Part shown: positions 13,494-28,451 of the stretch, piece after piece
How positions within the stretch are numbered: the first letter of the stretch is position 1
Layout: each line of letters starts with the position of its first letter
Source of the DNA: a candidate division FCPU426 bacterium
Lineage (GTDB): Bacteria > Oederibacteriota > Muellerivitia > Muellerivitales > Muellerivitaceae
DNA: 64,000 bases
Reading direction: 5' to 3'
Assembly (NCBI GenBank): GCA_963719085.1
Contig: CAVRAL010000005.1
Coordinates: forward strand, 1-64,000
Notes under the pieces: model-generated
What the model was told of the DNA's origin: nothing
What the model saw: only the letters and a program-made list of their open reading frames with translations
Databases searched by the model: none
Made by a program: the position numbers and the translations under genes

Positions 13494-14033
13494 ATGTCTT
13501 TAGATACAATCTCAACACCATTGGTCAATTGGCCATTATTTTTATTTACTAGTTTATTAATATGTCTTCGGACATATGCTCCATCAATATGTATATGGAT
13601 ATTAAATAAATATAATCCTCTATCAACAACAATCAATGGACTTATTGATGAATTGAAATGTGTAAAACGTGAATTAGGATCAATATCTCAACAAGATGAA
13701 TTTGCTGCTTATGCTCGTAAAGAACGACAATGTAATACACTTACTCAACGTCTTAAAGATGAACGAAATAAAATTGAAACAAAACAAAAGAATTTACTAA
13801 CTTATGTTCGATTAACACTCAATATTGGAACTGTTTTAATTATGATTTTATTAACAATAACAGGACGAAGACATGAATCAATACCTTTATTTAATTTTCC
13901 ATTTTTTCGTTTTCCATTAATTATTTGGATGGTGGCATTACATACATTTATTACGACACTTTCGGATATTTATATTAAGATATCGAACAAATCAAAAAAC
14001 TGCTACAGAATAATCAATAGAAGAAAAAGATAA
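13494..14033 (+). CDS. GET1/WRB (CHD5-like) tail-anchored protein insertion receptor, copy 1 (extra A near the 3' end)
   Basis: TM-coiled coil-TM-TM layout with ISQQDEFAAYARKER, matching the WRB/Get1 (S-x-x-DEFA-x-Y/W-A-R/K) motif. Confidence 0.75.
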   Translation: MSLDTISTPLVNWPLFLFTSLLICLRTYAPSICIWILNKYNPLSTTINGLIDELKCVKRELGSISQQDEFAAYARKERQCNTLTQRLKDERNKIETKQKNLLTYVRLTLNIGTVLIMILLTITGRRHESIPLFNFPFFRFPLIIWMVALHTFITTLSDIYIKISNKSKNCYRIINRRKR

Positions 14034-14040
14034 AAAATGT

Positions 14041-14247
14041 TTATTTGATAAAATTTCTTCGTTTGAAAAATAAATCACGAAAGTAACGTTTACAATAAGT
14101 ACATTCATCTGTAAGAATTAAATTTAAATATTCTTCTTTTGTTCTTCGTTTATCCATATTTGTTAATGAATTTTGTTCACCATCAATTGTTATAATTTGG
14201 ACAAAAACTAGGATCAGTAACAAACCGAGAAAGATCGTTCGATTCAT
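14041..14247 (-). CDS. Small secreted peptide precursor-like protein, copy 1
   Basis: 68 aa: hydrophobic signal peptide MNRTIFLGLLLILVFVQIITIDG, two KRR sites flanking a CxxC-containing peptide, and a splice acceptor 2 nt upstream of the ATG. Confidence 0.55.
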   Translation of the reverse strand: MNRTIFLGLLLILVFVQIITIDGEQNSLTNMDKRRTKEEYLNLILTDECTYCKRYFRDLFFKRRNFIK

Positions 14248-14497
14248 GTCTAGAAGAAGAAAAATATGTATTGATGTGAATGGTTTCAATTAATATATGT
14301 TATTCGTGTGCAGTCATGTGTAAGAGAAGAAAAACACCTCCGCATATTTATTTACCTTTTCGTAGCAAAATTTCATTGGTTTTTACTAATGCTGTTTGAA
14401 GAGCTAAATAAAAAAATTATTCAAGTTGTTGAAATGATGTATTCTAAAGATTTGAAAGAAAAATATTTCTTAAATAAAATATTTATATTATCTACAT

Positions 14498-14889
14498 TTA
14501 GAAATGTGGGAAGGTGGAGATGTTAAAATAAAATTTGATTTTGGTGCTGGAACAAAGTTTTGATGATTCATCGACTGATAGTTCATGTAAACCACCAAAA
14601 TGACCTAATTGATGTTGTTTACGCCATTTAGCACGACGATTTTGAAACCAAATCTAATTGAAATCAAAATAAATAGATTAGTTTTAAGAAAAAAGAAAAA
14701 TCAAACTTGAATTTTTTTATCAGGAAGTTGAGTTAAAAGAGTTAAATGTTGACGAAGAGATAAATCCGGATAATGTGTTATTTGATCAAATACATATTCT
14801 AATTGACGAATTTGTTCAAGATCAAATACACTACGTTTTCTTTGTTTTTTAATAGTTTCTATTTGATTGGTATGCTTCTCGCTGGTCAT
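14498..14889 (-). CDS. PRD-class (Q50) homeobox gene, copy 1; intron 14654-14706; ends approximate
   Basis: RKRSVFDLEQIRQLEYVFDQITHYPD...KKIQ/IWFQNRRAKWRK, with the intron immediately before IWFQN. Confidence 0.85.
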
Positions 14890-15741
14890 GATTATTGCTT
14901 TAATAATAATCATCCATTCATTTGCTTACCGCTCTCTTCATGTAATTAAGTCATACAATGGACCATTATGCATCAAAAATATTAAAGACCAAAGATCTTC
15001 GAAGTTGCAAATTGAATGGACAATTAAGTTCCTAAGGGTGAAATAGCATGTTCTTCATCCCAATAATAAAATTGCTGAAAAAGAGCTCAGTTACTTTCCG
15101 AAATGTTCAATCTGCGGAAACTTCTACACCATTGAAAGAACATATGTTTGGTTCTTCTTTCACTCAAAAGACGCTTGATACAGGCTAAATCTTCTTATGA
15201 TAGTTCAAGACGAACTGTCATAGAACGCATTTGGAATGTATTCAAAAGTATTCCCGATAGAGGTCGCTTCTCTCCGAACGCGTTCGCGAGTTTTTGTGTT
15301 CATGGTGGTGGTCAACCACTTTATACAATTAAGATGGTGCGTTATCAAATTTTCTCTTCTCTGTATTTTATTCCTAATAAAGTATCTTCGGAAGAAAGAT
15401 AAGGCATATAACAATTTCCCATCAATAGAGAATTTAGAAAAATTTTAATATTTGTTGCTCTATATGAATACCCATTGACTATAACCATAGATAGTATTCA
15501 GCCGTTTTGCGCTTTGGACATATTCTCACGTTAATTGATACACACCAAACAACACATACCGTGCGGGTAAAGATGAAGGATATAACTAAACTGAAGTAGC
15601 ACTTAGAAAAGTTTCAAAAGAAATCTGACGTTGAATTCTTTCCCATCAGAATTTTATAATGATTATTTATATTTACTTTATGTTTACTATTGAAAAGTAA
15701 GATTTGATTTTTAGATTTATTGGTCAGCCGATTTAAATTAC

Positions 15742-17123
15742 ATGGCATCAACAGCAGGAGAACTTCCGAATATCAATGAAGATAATTTAGCTGAGATCAA
15801 AATCCCATGTGAGAATTACACAGAGAATCAATATGGTATGAGAAAAAATATTTCTGATTTAGTTTTGCTCCGTAATAGTAAAGTATCCAGATCTATTTTT
15901 TTGTCAAGAAAGGTCCTCTAGTGTGACTTTGCTCAATGATAGAAAATTAATACAACTATCGAAATCACCATAATGAAATAACATCTTCAAAGCACGAGTT
16001 TCTTCGTGGTAAAAATAAAAATCGACAAGATTTGTTACCAATTATCGAATCACGTTCCTGATCACTAGAAATAATTTTCTTTTACATGACTCTGATATGA
16101 CTTCACTTTTCATGTATAGAGAAGAAAAATAATGATCAATTAAAGGAAAAATATCTTTTGTAGAATTCTCATTATTTGAGATAATTTGTAAGAATAAAAA
16201 AAGGTAACTTTTCTGAATGTAATGATAAAGAATTTTTGTTTCTAGGCATCACATTTCGTTATTTCAATCGTTTAAAAATCGCACACGTATTAAACGAGTC
16301 GAAGCAATTTTGTTTAGCATTATCTTTGGTTGAAGATTTAATTGATAATGATAATTTATGTTGTTGTTTTTCACCTATGTGTAATATTGATTTAAGATTT
16401 GAAAATCTCTTTCATTTGGAAAAAGCAAAACAAGTTATCGATAAAACAAGAGCGTTCATTATTAACCTATGCAATCTAATTCAATTTACAATTGGTATTT
16501 TGCCACATGAATATTCGATATTTCATGGTGATCCATTTATGGTGGGTGATTATCTTGATTATATTATGTTAGATCTAACATTAATTAATGGATTTTATGG
16601 AAATAAAACAGATTTCAATGTTCAATTCTATATGGAAGTTTTCTTTTTATTTATAAAGATTATTCATGAATTAAGTCATGCATTAACATTTCACTGGGCT
16701 CGTATGTATTTAACAAATGAAAAGGATAAATTTGAAACACCAAAAACGCATTGTTTACAAGGTGAATCTGGTCAAAGCATAGAACGTTTGTTATTTGGAT
16801 CTGTAATTGATGCATTTGGTCGAAAACAAAAGGAAAAATACATTATTCAATATTTAATCTTGTCAGATGGAAGAATATCAGGTGTTATTGATCAAGATTG
16901 GATTAAATCATTTGTCAATGATGCATTGAATATACGCAAGTTAAAAGTAATTGATTCAATTGTACCTATACCATTTCAATTTTTAACAAAAAGTTTTAAA
17001 AGAAAACTTCATTCTCAATCAAAAAACTTTCATAAAAAAAAAAATCTTTCGAAACTAAAATACTTAAATTTCGACTGGACCGATGATGAATATGATTTAA
17101 TTCCAATGACTTTTAAATCATAA
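15742..17123 (+). CDS. Uncharacterised protein with an HExxH motif (intron 15836-16245)
   Basis: Exon 1 (MASTAGEL...ENQY) splices in frame via GT-AG to the 295-aa ORF, which contains IIHELSHA and a downstream GESG..IERLLFG. Confidence 0.65.
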
Positions 17124-17890
17124 TTAGATTTATACTTCTTTTCTGTATATATATAATTATGCATTTTCTTGATCTCAGATATTTGTCAACGAAGCTTTTA
17201 TAACTGTTTCTTTCAATTCTCTTCATTTTTTCTTTCTGATGATTATCAAATAAATCTGAAAATCTTTAACAGAAATAAAGTTATCATCCATTATTATCAT
17301 TTGTCATTTTAATAGTTTGTCTAAAAATATGAAGAATTTTTCACCCTTCGCCTACAAATGTTTTTGTAAATTATTATTTTACACTTCTTATTCTTTTTCT
17401 ACACGTCGATTATGTCACTAGCGAAAGAATTGAGAAAAGTCCTATTATACTTTCATCTCTTAATTATCGTTCGAGATAATGAACATGCATAAGTTATCTG
17501 AGATCAGTAAACAATTCTCTATTTCTTATCACAAATGCTTAGTCAACATGGCCAATCATCTTTCACTATCAACAGTGCACGATAGATTTCTTTATACTAA
17601 TCGTTTTTCGCTGCATTACTGTGTAAATATTCAATAGCAATAGTGGACGCAAATATTGATGATTATCAGATCATATGATCTGACCAATATAATAAAGACA
17701 AGCAAAATTTACACTCGATAATCCGTTTTCTTTTCTTGTCTTAGTACACTTCTAATAGTTTTACTAAGATCAACTAGAATATTAGATATATTTTCATCAT
17801 GTCAAACGAGTATTGTAAGTTGATTTATTCAATTTATATCGAAGACAAACTATTTTATTCTTCTATGATTTAATAATCATTTTAGATTTT

Positions 17891-18409
17891 ATGTCTTTGG
17901 ATACAATCTCAACACCATTGATCAATTGGCCATTATTTTTATTTACTAGTTTATTAATATGTCTTCGAACATATGCTCCATCAATATGTATATGGATATT
18001 AGATAAATATAATCCTTTATCAGCAACAATTGATGGACTTATTGATGAATTGAAATGTGTAAAACGTGAATTAGGATCAATATCTCAACAAGATGAATTT
18101 GCTGCTTATGCTCGTAAAGAGCGACAATGTAATACACTTACTCAACGTCTTAAAGATGAACGAAATAAAATTGAAACAAAACAAAAGAATTTACTAACTT
18201 ATGTTCGATTAACACTCAATATTGGAACTGTTTTAATTATGATTTTATTAACAATAACAGGACGAAGACATGAATCAATACCTTTATTTAATTTTCCATT
18301 TTTTCGTTTTCCATTAATTATTTGGATGGCAGCATTACATACATTTATTACGACACTTTCGGATATTTATATTAGATATCGAACAAATCAAAAAACTGCT
18401 ACAGAATAA
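17891..18409 (+). CDS. GET1/WRB (CHD5-like) protein, copy 2 (intact frame)
   Basis: 172-aa ORF nearly identical to copy 1. Confidence 0.75.
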   Translation: MSLDTISTPLINWPLFLFTSLLICLRTYAPSICIWILDKYNPLSATIDGLIDELKCVKRELGSISQQDEFAAYARKERQCNTLTQRLKDERNKIETKQKNLLTYVRLTLNIGTVLIMILLTITGRRHESIPLFNFPFFRFPLIIWMAALHTFITTLSDIYIRYRTNQKTATE

Positions 18410-18436
18410 TCAATAGAAGAAAAAGATAAAAAATGT

Positions 18437-18644
18437 TTATTTGATAAAATTTCTTCGTTTGAAAAATAAATCACGAAAGTAACGTTTACAATAAGTACAT
18501 TCATCTGTAAGAATTAAATTTAAATATTCTTCTTTTGTTCTTCGTTTATCCATATTTGTTAATGAAATCTTGTTCACCATTAATTGTTATAATTTGGATA
18601 AAAACTAGGATCAGTAACAAACCGAGAAAGATCGTTCGATTCAT
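18437..18644 (-). pseudogene. Small secreted peptide precursor, copy 2 (+1 frameshift near 18567; may be a sequencing error)
   Basis: Duplicate of 14041-14247, but 208 bp rather than 207 bp. Confidence 0.5.
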
Positions 18645-18849
18645 GTCTAGAAGAAGAAAAATATGTATTGATGTGAATGGTTTCAATTAATATATGTTAT
18701 TCGTGTGCAGTCATGTGTAAGAGAAGAAAAACACCTCCGCATATTTATTTACCTTTTCGTAGCAAAATTTTCATTGGTTTTTACTAAAGCTGTTTGAAGA
18801 GCTAAATAAAAAAATTATTCAAGTTGTTGAAATGATGGATTCTAAAGAT

Positions 18850-19285
18850 TTAGAAAGGAAAATATTTATTCAATAAAATATTTATTTTATCTACATTTGG
18901 TTGAAATGTGGGAGGTGGAGATGTTAAAATAAAATTTGATTTTGGTGCTGGAACAAAATTAAAATGTTCATCAACTGTTAATTCATGTAAACCACCAAAA
19001 TGACCTAATTGATGTTGTTTACGCCATTTAGCACGACGATTTTGAAACCAAATCTAATTGAAATCAAAAAAATAGATTATTTTAAGAAAAAAGAAAAATA
19101 CAAACTTGAATTTTTTTATCAGGAATTGAGTTAAAAGAGTTAAATGTTGACGAAGAGATAAATCCGGATAATGTGTTATTTGATCAAATACATATTCTAA
19201 TTGACGAATTTGTTCAAGATCAAATACACTACGTTTTCTTTGTATTTTATTAGTTTCTATTGATTGCTATCTTCATCGTCGTCAT
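18850..19285 (-). pseudogene. PRD-class homeobox gene, copy 2 (indels in exon 1; may be sequencing errors)
   Basis: IWFQNRRAKWRKQHQLGHFGGLHEL...FVPAPK is intact. A 1-bp deletion is present near 19125 relative to copy 1. Confidence 0.65.
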
Positions 19286-21762
19286 GATTATTGCTTTAAT
19301 AATAATCGATTCATTTGCTTACTGTTCTCTTCATATAATTAAGTCATAAAGATAAGATATATATGGGTAAACTAACTAGGAAAAGAATTCAATTCTCATT
19401 CATTCAGATCGTAAATCATCACACCAATGTTATAAAATCATTCATAGAGATTAGTAAAATAACGTCAATAAATTATATCACGTTGTTAAATTTACCATTA
19501 TTTCCTATTCAATAGTCTTACAAAAATCAATGCAATTTTAAAGAAGAAAATATTTGAATTGTTATTTAAAATCAAGTAACCAATAGTCGATATTAATTTT
19601 AGTTATTCATAGGTATCTTCTTCTGCAAACAATTTCAAATAACAACAAGCAATTAATTTCTTTCTGTATATTTTCCACATCAATATTCTTTTTTAAAAGC
19701 ATTTAGATGTTTGAAGTATATCATTCGAACCTACAGTGTTACCATGACCTATTACTATTTGTAGTTCTCAAAAACCTTCTCGCTTCATTATAAACACAAT
19801 TATCGATTGATTTAGCAATTCGATCTTTTGAAAATAAAAACATTTGTATGACATTCTTCTTTATATACTAATCCCCTCCTCCACATCAATCTTATGTTTA
19901 CATATAAGTACTCTACAACCTTATATTTTCATATATAACGCATGCAGTATTTCTATTATTCATCAGTATTAATACGAAGAAAAGATGTTTAACATTGATT
20001 ACTAATTATAAATAGAGAATAGTTCGCATGACAAATATACTAAATACTTCTCGCATTGTTTACATGCTAGAGAAAATATCAACATAATCTTTCTGTGTTT
20101 CTGTATCATAAAGAATATCTATTAAGCTATATTTATTTTTAGACATTATTTCCGAAACAATATGCTTTATGTTTACCATAAAGAAACTAATAATCCTGAA
20201 AAAGGAAATAATTAAACATGTGAAAAGAAAACAAATAAGACTACAACCACAGGTGATATAGTATTAGACAATAATATATTCTTGCTTTTTCAATTAACAA
20301 GTCTCTTTTATATTTATAATACGGAAGGAATTATCCTACATCTTTTATATAATGACATACTCTGAAACATATAATTGTTTATCTAGTGCTTTTCGGAAGT
20401 TCAGTTGGTTCATCAAATGCTAGGATTAAATAAATTACTGTGAGAAATGGAATTGCACGCATACAAAAGCAATAATTAAACCAGTATTATGCTCATTATT
20501 TTTTCATATTTTCATTCTAAATCCAATAGAATTCCTATAAAATTTATGACGAATTTTTAGATTGTTAGGTTACTAAAATTAATTTATTTTGTAATCGTCT
20601 AATCCATATTATACTAAGAACAGATTAGTAAATCTTGGAAAGATATTTTTCTAAAAATATTTCATTAATCGAATCCTTAAATACGATTTAGCATAAAACA
20701 TAACTTGTCTATGTGATAAAATTAAAATAATTAATAAAGCTCATCAACTTGTATGATCTTGAATCGAATAAAGAACCTTTTAAAGTCATGCTTTATTTTA
20801 TTTAAATGATGCTTGAATAAAAAACTAAAAGACTTTTTCTAAATATAGAAAGTACTCGTCATTCATATTTCAGTGTGACAGAAATCCAGTAATCTTTATC
20901 GGACTAAAATAGACTTCTCATTTGTGTATTTATCAAGATCGTCATACTTCGATGAAAATGTATCTCGTTAAATATGATCGAGAAAAATGTTTTTATTCAT
21001 TTTCCATTAAGATTTGTGAACAAAATATATTTCAAACATCTCATATTGTTTGATATATATGCACGAGTGCTTCGTGTACTTATTGCATGTTTCCAAGTCT
21101 GTGGTTATTGAAAACATAATTATATTTTATTATAAAATGGTGGACAAAATAGGAACTTTTTTGTTTTGAAAATAATTTGATAATATTACGAAGAATGAAT
21201 GTTTACAAGGTTTTGAAATTAAATTTATAAAAGCTAATTGAGTTTTTCAAAATCCAATATGCGTAGGAGAAAGACTATGTGACAGATCAATTCCATTCCC
21301 TTTTTTTCTCTTTGACTCGATTGTTTATTATTTTTTATCGCCTCATATTTCATCGATAATTTATGAAAATCTATCTGTTGTTATTCTATTCTTTGTCATA
21401 TGCATGTTGTTCAGGAGTAGATAGTCGTCCTTGTATATTCATTATTCATAAGGATCGACTACTAAACAAAGAAAATCTGAAAACAGTTTTGTTTTGTGTC
21501 TTATATTATTAGCGTCGCGCGACGCCATGACAGACAAATAGACAGACATTCAAGAAAAAAAAGGACGCATCACGCACACACACACAAGCATATAAAGAAG
21601 AAGAAGATAGTGTGAACAAAAGAAAGTCATGACAATCATCCACACGTTCATCCATCCGATTTATCGATGTAACGAGACGAGTGAGTGTGCGTTCGAACAA
21701 AATAGATGAGAAAAAAAAAAAAGAATAAGACAAAAAAGATAAAACGAGGCATCATCATTATT

Positions 21763-24129
<2,367 letters not shown>

Positions 24130-27100
24130 TATAATATGAATGGAATTGAATTTGTCCTAAATTTCCACTTGTATGAATCTGTTATAATGTCGACCTGTAT
24201 ACCAGGTTCGAAATGAAGATTACTCGTCGTTCTTATTTCTCTTGGCCAACACCGGGGTTTGTGGTCCGCGTGTATGTTGTATTTTGCGATGTCGTTCAGT
24301 TGTAGATAGAGAGAGAGAGTATGTGTGTGTGAACGAGCGAGAAAGAGCGAAAGAGAGGAGAGTGGTCTCGACTCGGCACGAACGCAATGCACGGCAACAC
24401 AAGGCAATAGTAGTAGAAGCAACAACTTATCTTTCTTGTAGGCGCGGCGGCAGCAAGAGTATTTTCTGTGATGATGACGGCGACAACGACGATTCTCGTT
24501 TGCTTGTGATATAGAACAGAGAGAAAAAAATAGAATAAAAAGAAGAATAAGAGATTTTTGAAAAGAAGGGAAAAAAACCAGAGCACGTTGTAATACCGAA
24601 CTAAGAGAAGAAGAAAAGAGAAGAAAATTGATTTTTCTTCTTTTTCCTCTCTCGGTTTGTAGAAGAAGAAGAAGAAGAGGTATGTTCATTATTCTCTTCT
24701 TTCTTGCTATTCTTCTTCCGGCGTCGAGCAATGCTACAACGACCAAAAGAATATAATGTCGTTTTCAGCTGCTACGATGCAAGCAATGCAACGATGATTG
24801 TAGTCTCTCTAGAGTAGTAGTAAAAAGAAGCAAAAGAAGAATGTTAGGATGCAACAAGGGAACACACTCGTTCGCATAAAAATACACAGAATTGTATGAG
24901 TCGTCTTTCGTTCTTCTGCTTTTTTTTTCTTCTATTTGACAAAACATCGTTCTTTACTTGTTTTTTTTCTTCTCTCTGTTTGTTCCATCTTGGTCGTTGT
25001 CGAAAGAAAGAAAGATCTCGTTACAGTACACAATGCCTTGACAACAACGTTATATGTCTGTGTATATGTGTTCCGTTTCCCGGGAACGTCAATGTGTTGT
25101 CCCTCCTACTTTCACTCATTCAAGCATTTATCGATTTACATATTGTCCATCTCGTTTTTTTACTACTAGTACTAGTTTATCAGTTTGCATGTTCAAACTT
25201 GATTATATCGTGTTTCAGAACAAAAGAGAGAAAAGAAAAGAAAGTAGAAGATGATAATTCATTCTCGGCTCCAGAGACTCACTTATTAAAATAGATGAAC
25301 GAATGCAACGACAAAACAATCTCGAGAAGAACAATTAAGAAAATATATGTTCACCTGGGAAAAAGAAAGAGAGAATACCTAATTATATGACTAACACATA
25401 TGTTAACAACGGAATGAAAAAAAACATGCAAATAAAAGAAGAATTAGTGCTTGCTTCATAGATAGAAATGATTGACTCATTTTTCTCATTAATCAACAGG
25501 AAACACGAATGAAAAAGAAAAAAAAAAGAAAACTGAATTCTCAATTGACATAATACAAAAGAAATCATCATTCTAACTATCATTTTCATCATATACATTA
25601 AATCAACCAATTGAATTCATTTATTATGATATATATACTGATAAATTTTAATGATAAATATTAGTAAATCCAACAAATCCTTTCTTGCAGAAAATCTTTC
25701 TTGATAGGGAAGAAAAAGAATATATATATTAAGAAGCTTCTTTTCTATCACATAATCAGTCAAATGCAATCTTTCCAATGAAAAAAAAAGAAGAATTGGT
25801 ATATCGAACCAACTCTAATCCAGAGATAGTCTGTCTTTCTTGTCTATCGGCATCTTAGAATCAACTACCGATCAATTATAGATTTCCTGGTTAGCCCGAG
25901 CGTGTGCTCCCGGTTTTTTTCTGCTTTTCTTGCTATTTGATGAAACGTTCATTCTTTTGCTTTTTTTTTCTCGGTCTCAAGGGTAATAAGACATCGTTGT
26001 CGTTCTTCGGACCGCGTTATGGAATGACAATTTTTTGACATTTGCTGGATAAGCTTTCTCGCTTGCAATGCTCGATGTCAAAAATGCATTTGGACTTCGT
26101 TTATTATTCGAGAACGAGACCGTTATTGACGATAAAAAGAAGAAAAGAGAAAATCGACGAGAATAATAACAACAACAACAACAACAACGGCACGTTCATA
26201 ACGATGATGATAATGATGATCAATCGTGTTTGTTCCGGAATAGTACCCGGATGAAGCTTAACACTACATTCACTACTGAGCATTTCACAGAAATAAGAAT
26301 GCGTCTCCGGATGTCGACAGAAATAGAAACCATTATCATAGACGCAATTACTACGATAAACTTTATTTTTTTTTAAATAATTTTAAGAAAAGCAATGCAG
26401 ATCTAGAAATAAATATTTTTCAGTAAAAAGATAAATGATCTTGTTTTTAATGCAGGAAGACAAATGAGAAAATTCTTTTTTTTTTATTAACTGAAATGAC
26501 GCCATTACATTTTTTACTAAAAATTAAACTACGCAATGTCAATAACAAATATTAATGTATAGAAAATTAAAAAAAATGAATCATAGATATTTGCATAGTT
26601 AAAACATATTTACATTCATTACAAGTTTTATTGTTTTCTATTGAAATGAAAATTATTGAAGCAATTACGATCTATATGGTGCTATTGACCTATAAATCAT
26701 TTGTTTTTGAATGATCTTACTCATTACGAGAATGCTAATAATAGATGCATGTTTCGTGAACTTATATTAATAATTAAATCAGTCCGTGTAAAATGTATTT
26801 AGGGAGACTTCCATAGCAATGAAGACAATGTTTTATGGAAGAAAAGTGTGTAGATACCTCGTTTATTGAACTGATGTATTTGTCTACAAAATAAGTAAAC
26901 GTGGGATGTGGTAGATAATAATATAAACCGATCTATTTTCTCATTATAATTTACGATTGAATGGATTCATCACATAATTCAATTTGATCCGTTCAAAATA
27001 TAAACTTTTATCTTATTGCGATAAATAGCCTAAAGATAGGATAAGAAATAATCAATGGCTGAGAAGGTTTTTGTCATTTTCTAAGAAATCTTTGGTGTTT

Positions 27101-28451
27101 GCGTGGTAATATACTACTCCCACATTTAAGACAATGAAATCTGACAGAAATTTAAGAAATATGCTAATTAGACATTATCTCCGATGAATTTACTGTTTCA
27201 TCTAGCGTAGGAAGGTGATGGCAGACGAAACGGAAGGTAAAATGTAATGGTTTGGATAGAATGACACCGGAAATCTTTTGAAAGACATTCAAATTTATGG
27301 ACAATGAAAGTTAAAAACAATCTTTTTCTTATATTGAAAGTAACATACTTCCTGGTTTATTTTATCAATAAAAATCTATTATTATTCTTGGACAAAAATA
27401 AAAATCCCGGTGACATTTTCTCTTTTTTTAAGAACTTATCGATTGCCTGGAGAAATGGTCTTGATATCGAGGATGAAATAATTTCAAATATTTATTGATT
27501 TATGCATATAAGTTATACAAATACCATAGTGCGATTATGAGTACATATTCTTTATCTTAGCCAACTACACATGAACTCATATCATGCCTAGAAGAAAATA
27601 ATTGAAGTTAAAATGGATGAAGTACGATTTCTTTAACACCTTACATAAGATGTACACAAGCACTTTATAAAAAAAACTGCTCTGAAATGAAAGTGACAAT
27701 GCAAAAGGAGCTTCGCATCAGATAAAGCCATAGTTTTAGAACATCTATAGATCGCATAGAATGTATGAAGAACCGTAGTGAATTGCAAAGGCAATGATCT
27801 TCATGATCGATATATACTTTTTCATAACCCTAAAATTAATCTTTCATCAACAAACGTTATTGCTTATTGTTCTTTTAGCCTACTAAAAATAGATAACAAT
27901 AATGCAAGAAAGTTCTTTGTTATAGTTGCTGAAGAAAATTCGATGAGTTATCTTTTTGTACCTTATAACAATCTATTCATGTTTTAAATTATAGCAAGAA
28001 TATGGATATAAGAATAGGAAACTTAATCATTTTTTTCTTATTACATTGGATTTATATGAGAAAAAAAGCAGTATGGTTTCATTATATACATTTATTATTC
28101 CTTCCTTAGACTTTGCACTCTATGGATACTTGCAACATATTTTTGATACAAAGTACGCACCGTTATCAGTATTGATATAAAAATAAAGGGTTCAGAAAGG
28201 ACGTCTTTGGTAATTTCAACTAGTAATGCGAGCCCAAAATTGAAATGCAATTTTTTAATGAAAACCTGGATTACCATCGAGTTGTTATTTGGCCTTGTGG
28301 GGGAACACATGTGTTATTTTACTCTCACGATGATAACAACATTGACTATCGGAGGATTGACTGAAATATTTATTGTTCTATCTTTATATATAAATAGCTG
28401 ATTGATTATTATTTGAAACATAGACGATAATCACAAGCAAGTAAAGAAGAC

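Larger units (their letters stand above)
13483..14955 (+). repeat. Segmental duplication, copy 1 (copy 2 at ~17882-19348)
   Basis: Near-identical ~1.47-kb direct repeat at an offset of ~4.4 kb. Confidence 0.95.
17882..19348 (+). repeat. Segmental duplication, copy 2
   Basis: Near-identical to 13483-14955. Confidence 0.95.
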
